Below, piece after piece: positions 55,151 to 56,722 of a DNA stretch of 56,722 bases. The DNA comes from Myxococcota bacterium (GTDB lineage: Bacteria; Myxococcota_A; UBA9160; SMWR01). The position numbers and the translations under genes are program-made. Position 1 is the first letter of the stretch, and each line of letters starts with the position of its first letter. Below the pieces are notes generated by a model that saw only the letters and a list, made by a program, of their open reading frames with translations, did no database searches and had not been told where the DNA came from. Where the stretch lies: positions 1 through 56,722 of the forward strand of contig JAZFWH010000208.1 of NCBI GenBank assembly GCA_036482635.1. The letters run 5' to 3'.

Positions 55151-56338
55151 TCAGGCCACCAGCCGTTGGTTGAGGGACGCCGCGTTGGTGTGCAAGATCT
55201 TCGCCTGGTCTTGCGGGGAGATTCCGCCGAGCTCTTCGAAGATGTCGCGCGGTTTCTCGAGGCCCTCCATGTGCGGCCAATCCGATCCAAAGATCACGCG
55301 ATCGGCGCCCATCTGGTCGGCGATCGCAGACAGGTCGTCTTCCCAGAACGGATTGATCCACACGTGCGCGCGGAAGAGGTCCGAGGGATCTTCCTTGTAC
55401 CAGTGCGGCATCCGACGCTTGGACTGGTCGAGCTTGCGAAATAGGTCGCCGAGATAGCCCGAGCCGTTTTCGACCGATGCGATGCGCAGGTTCGGAAAGC
55501 GCTCGAAAAGCTTGTCGTAAGCCAAGCTGATCAGGAAGTCGTAGATCGCCCGCTCCGGACCAAAGCCGGCGATGGTGGGCTGCAACCCAATACCGAGGCT
55601 GTCGAGAAGGCCCTTGCCTGCGTAGCCGTTGGTCGAATATCCGGAGTTCGCCACGTGGGCCACCACGCAGATCCCGGCTTCGTTCACCCGGGCCCAGAAG
55701 GGATCGAACTCCGGATCGGCCGGATTGAGGGGACCGAGACGGGTCCAGGCCGCGGCCGGACGCATGACGATCACACGCGCATCACGCTCGAGGGCCCACT
55801 CGAGTTCCCGGCAGGCCCAATCGACGTCGGCGAGTGAAAAGTAGGGCGCGCTGAAGATCCGGTTTTGGTAGTTGAGGCCCCAGTCCTCATCAAGCCACCG
55901 GTTGAAGCCCTGGAACAAGGCACACACAGCCTGGATGTCGTCCTTCAGGGGCTCTTCGTACAGGACGCCTTCCGTCGGGAAGAGCCAGACTGCCTCGAGG
56001 CCCTGTTCGTCCATTCGCAAGAGCCGTGCATCGCGGTCCATGTACTCGGGCGGCATGGGCTCGAGGGCGGAGCGAACGAGCTCGATGCCCGACTTTCCAC
56101 CCGGATTTCCCCGGTAGAGCTGGCGCAACACTCCGGGCTTGGAGATCGGGTTGAAGGTCGGATTGGGGGTCTGACGGTCGAGCTTGCCCCCAACCAGATG
56201 GAATTTCTTGCCGTTCTCCATCTCGACCCATTGGACGCAGCGCCTATGCATATGCTTGGGCACGTGGCGGATGAAGGCGTCGTGGGCCTCGTAGTAGTGG
56301 TTGTCAGCGTCGAAGAGAGGGCCGTCGTACAGGCTCAT
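55151..56338 (-). CDS. amidohydrolase-2 (ACMSD-like metal-dependent hydrolase) family protein
   Basis: ATG at 56338 within track ORF 55151..56386. FDADNHYYE N-terminal metal motif, VIFGSDWPH C-terminal motif. Confidence 0.8.
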   Translation of the reverse strand: MSLYDGPLFDADNHYYEAHDAFIRHVPKHMHRRCVQWVEMENGKKFHLVGGKLDRQTPNPTFNPISKPGVLRQLYRGNPGGKSGIELVRSALEPMPPEYMDRDARLLRMDEQGLEAVWLFPTEGVLYEEPLKDDIQAVCALFQGFNRWLDEDWGLNYQNRIFSAPYFSLADVDWACRELEWALERDARVIVMRPAAAWTRLGPLNPADPEFDPFWARVNEAGICVVAHVANSGYSTNGYAGKGLLDSLGIGLQPTIAGFGPERAIYDFLISLAYDKLFERFPNLRIASVENGSGYLGDLFRKLDQSKRRMPHWYKEDPSDLFRAHVWINPFWEDDLSAIADQMGADRVIFGSDWPHMEGLEKPRDIFEELGGISPQDQAKILHTNAASLNQRLVA

Positions 56339-56416
56339 GGATGTCGTCCTCGGTGGCTTCGCAGGATCGCCGCGGCGAACCCTCACCCGCCAGGGGGCGA
56401 GGGTCGAGAATCCAAT

Positions 56417-56452
56417 TTTGAGTTAATACTCATTTTTGATTTTATACTCAAA
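56417..56452. promoter_or_regulatory. AT-rich dyad/direct-repeat operator candidate in the divergent TetR / catabolic-operon promoter region
   Basis: TTTGAGTTAATACTCATTTTTGATTTTATACTCAAA. Contains the dyad TGAGT-TAAT-ACTCA, ATACTCA repeated 18 bp later, and outer arms TTTGAGT/ACTCAAA. Very AT-rich relative to the surrounding DNA. Confidence 0.5.
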
Positions 56453-56490
56453 TCAGATAAGGTCAAGTGGCAGAGAGCCCTGGCCGGCGC

Positions 56491-56722
56491 ATGCGCACCA
56501 CAAAGCCTTCAAAGTCCGAGCGGACCCGGGACGCCATCCTCGAAGCGGCCGAAGGGCTCTTTTCCGAATCGGGATTCGACAGGACGTCCCTGGATGCGAT
56601 CGGCGAGCGGGCGGGAATCTTGGGTACCGCCATCCTCTACCAATTCCCGAACAAGCGAGCCCTGTACGAAGCGGTCGTTTCCGAACTTTTTGGGTGGATG
56701 TTCGGGAGCATCCGGGAAGCCC
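56491..56722 (+). CDS. TetR/AcrR-family transcriptional regulator (partial, runs off window end)
   Basis: MRTTKPSKSERTRDAILEAAEGLFSESGFDRTSLDAIGERAGILGTAILYQFPNKRALYEAV is a canonical TetR N-terminal HTH. GTG at 56467 is an alternative start. Not in the ORF track because the frame is open-ended. Confidence 0.85.
   Translation, partial: MRTTKPSKSERTRDAILEAAEGLFSESGFDRTSLDAIGERAGILGTAILYQFPNKRALYEAVVSELFGWMFGSIREA

Overview
High-GC bacterial chromosomal window. Hand spot counts give about 70% GC in the first ~43 kb and about 55-62% in the last ~13 kb. Gene content resembles a Gram-negative, deltaproteobacterium/Myxococcota-like organism, but the taxon cannot be fixed from sequence alone.

Layout, left to right:
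(1) AsmA-family protein and a 3-hydroxyacyl-CoA dehydrogenase.
(2) A ~10-kb minus-strand operon, MerR-ubiE/menG-menF-menD-menH-menB-menA-menC-menE. This is the complete classical menaquinone pathway, and nearly every junction is a 4-nt GTGA/ATGA stop-start overlap. Upstream lie a TauD/TfdA dioxygenase, a PaaI/hotdog thioesterase and a frameshifted hypothetical gene.
(3) A DUF2339 giant membrane protein coupled to a DUF3999-like protein.
(4) An MFS transporter, then serS overlapping selB.
(5) A respiratory complex I operon with the order nuoA-E-F-G-H-J-K-L-M-N, which lacks nuoB, C, D and I.
(6) gpsA, then a perfect 9-1-9 palindrome (Fur-box architecture) in front of feoA-feoB and a translationally coupled putative lipoprotein.
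(7) A 1024-aa fusion of an MprF-type flippase-like membrane domain with an alkaline-phosphatase-superfamily (sulfatase-like) domain that lacks the formylglycine motif.
(8) An oleABCD long-chain olefin / beta-lactone cluster.
(9) A decayed mosaic at 48.5-53 kb. It holds an IS630 transposase relic, four truncated gene fragments, three copies of an 81-96-bp structured repeat, and extra copies of the sulfatase-like gene's 3' end.
(10) A fatty-acid desaturase and a TetR-controlled amidohydrolase / enoyl-CoA hydratase / P450 operon.

Most notable observations: a 242-bp direct repeat (~96% identity) brackets the ole cluster. A new repeat family sits exactly at truncated-gene junctions. The Q-module genes are missing from the nuo operon. 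The flippase/phosphotransferase-like fusion is also notable.

Many long ORFs in the six-frame track are high-GC shadow frames or read-through fusions. The starts given here were re-assigned by eye and are inferences. All family assignments come from motif recognition, not from database searches.
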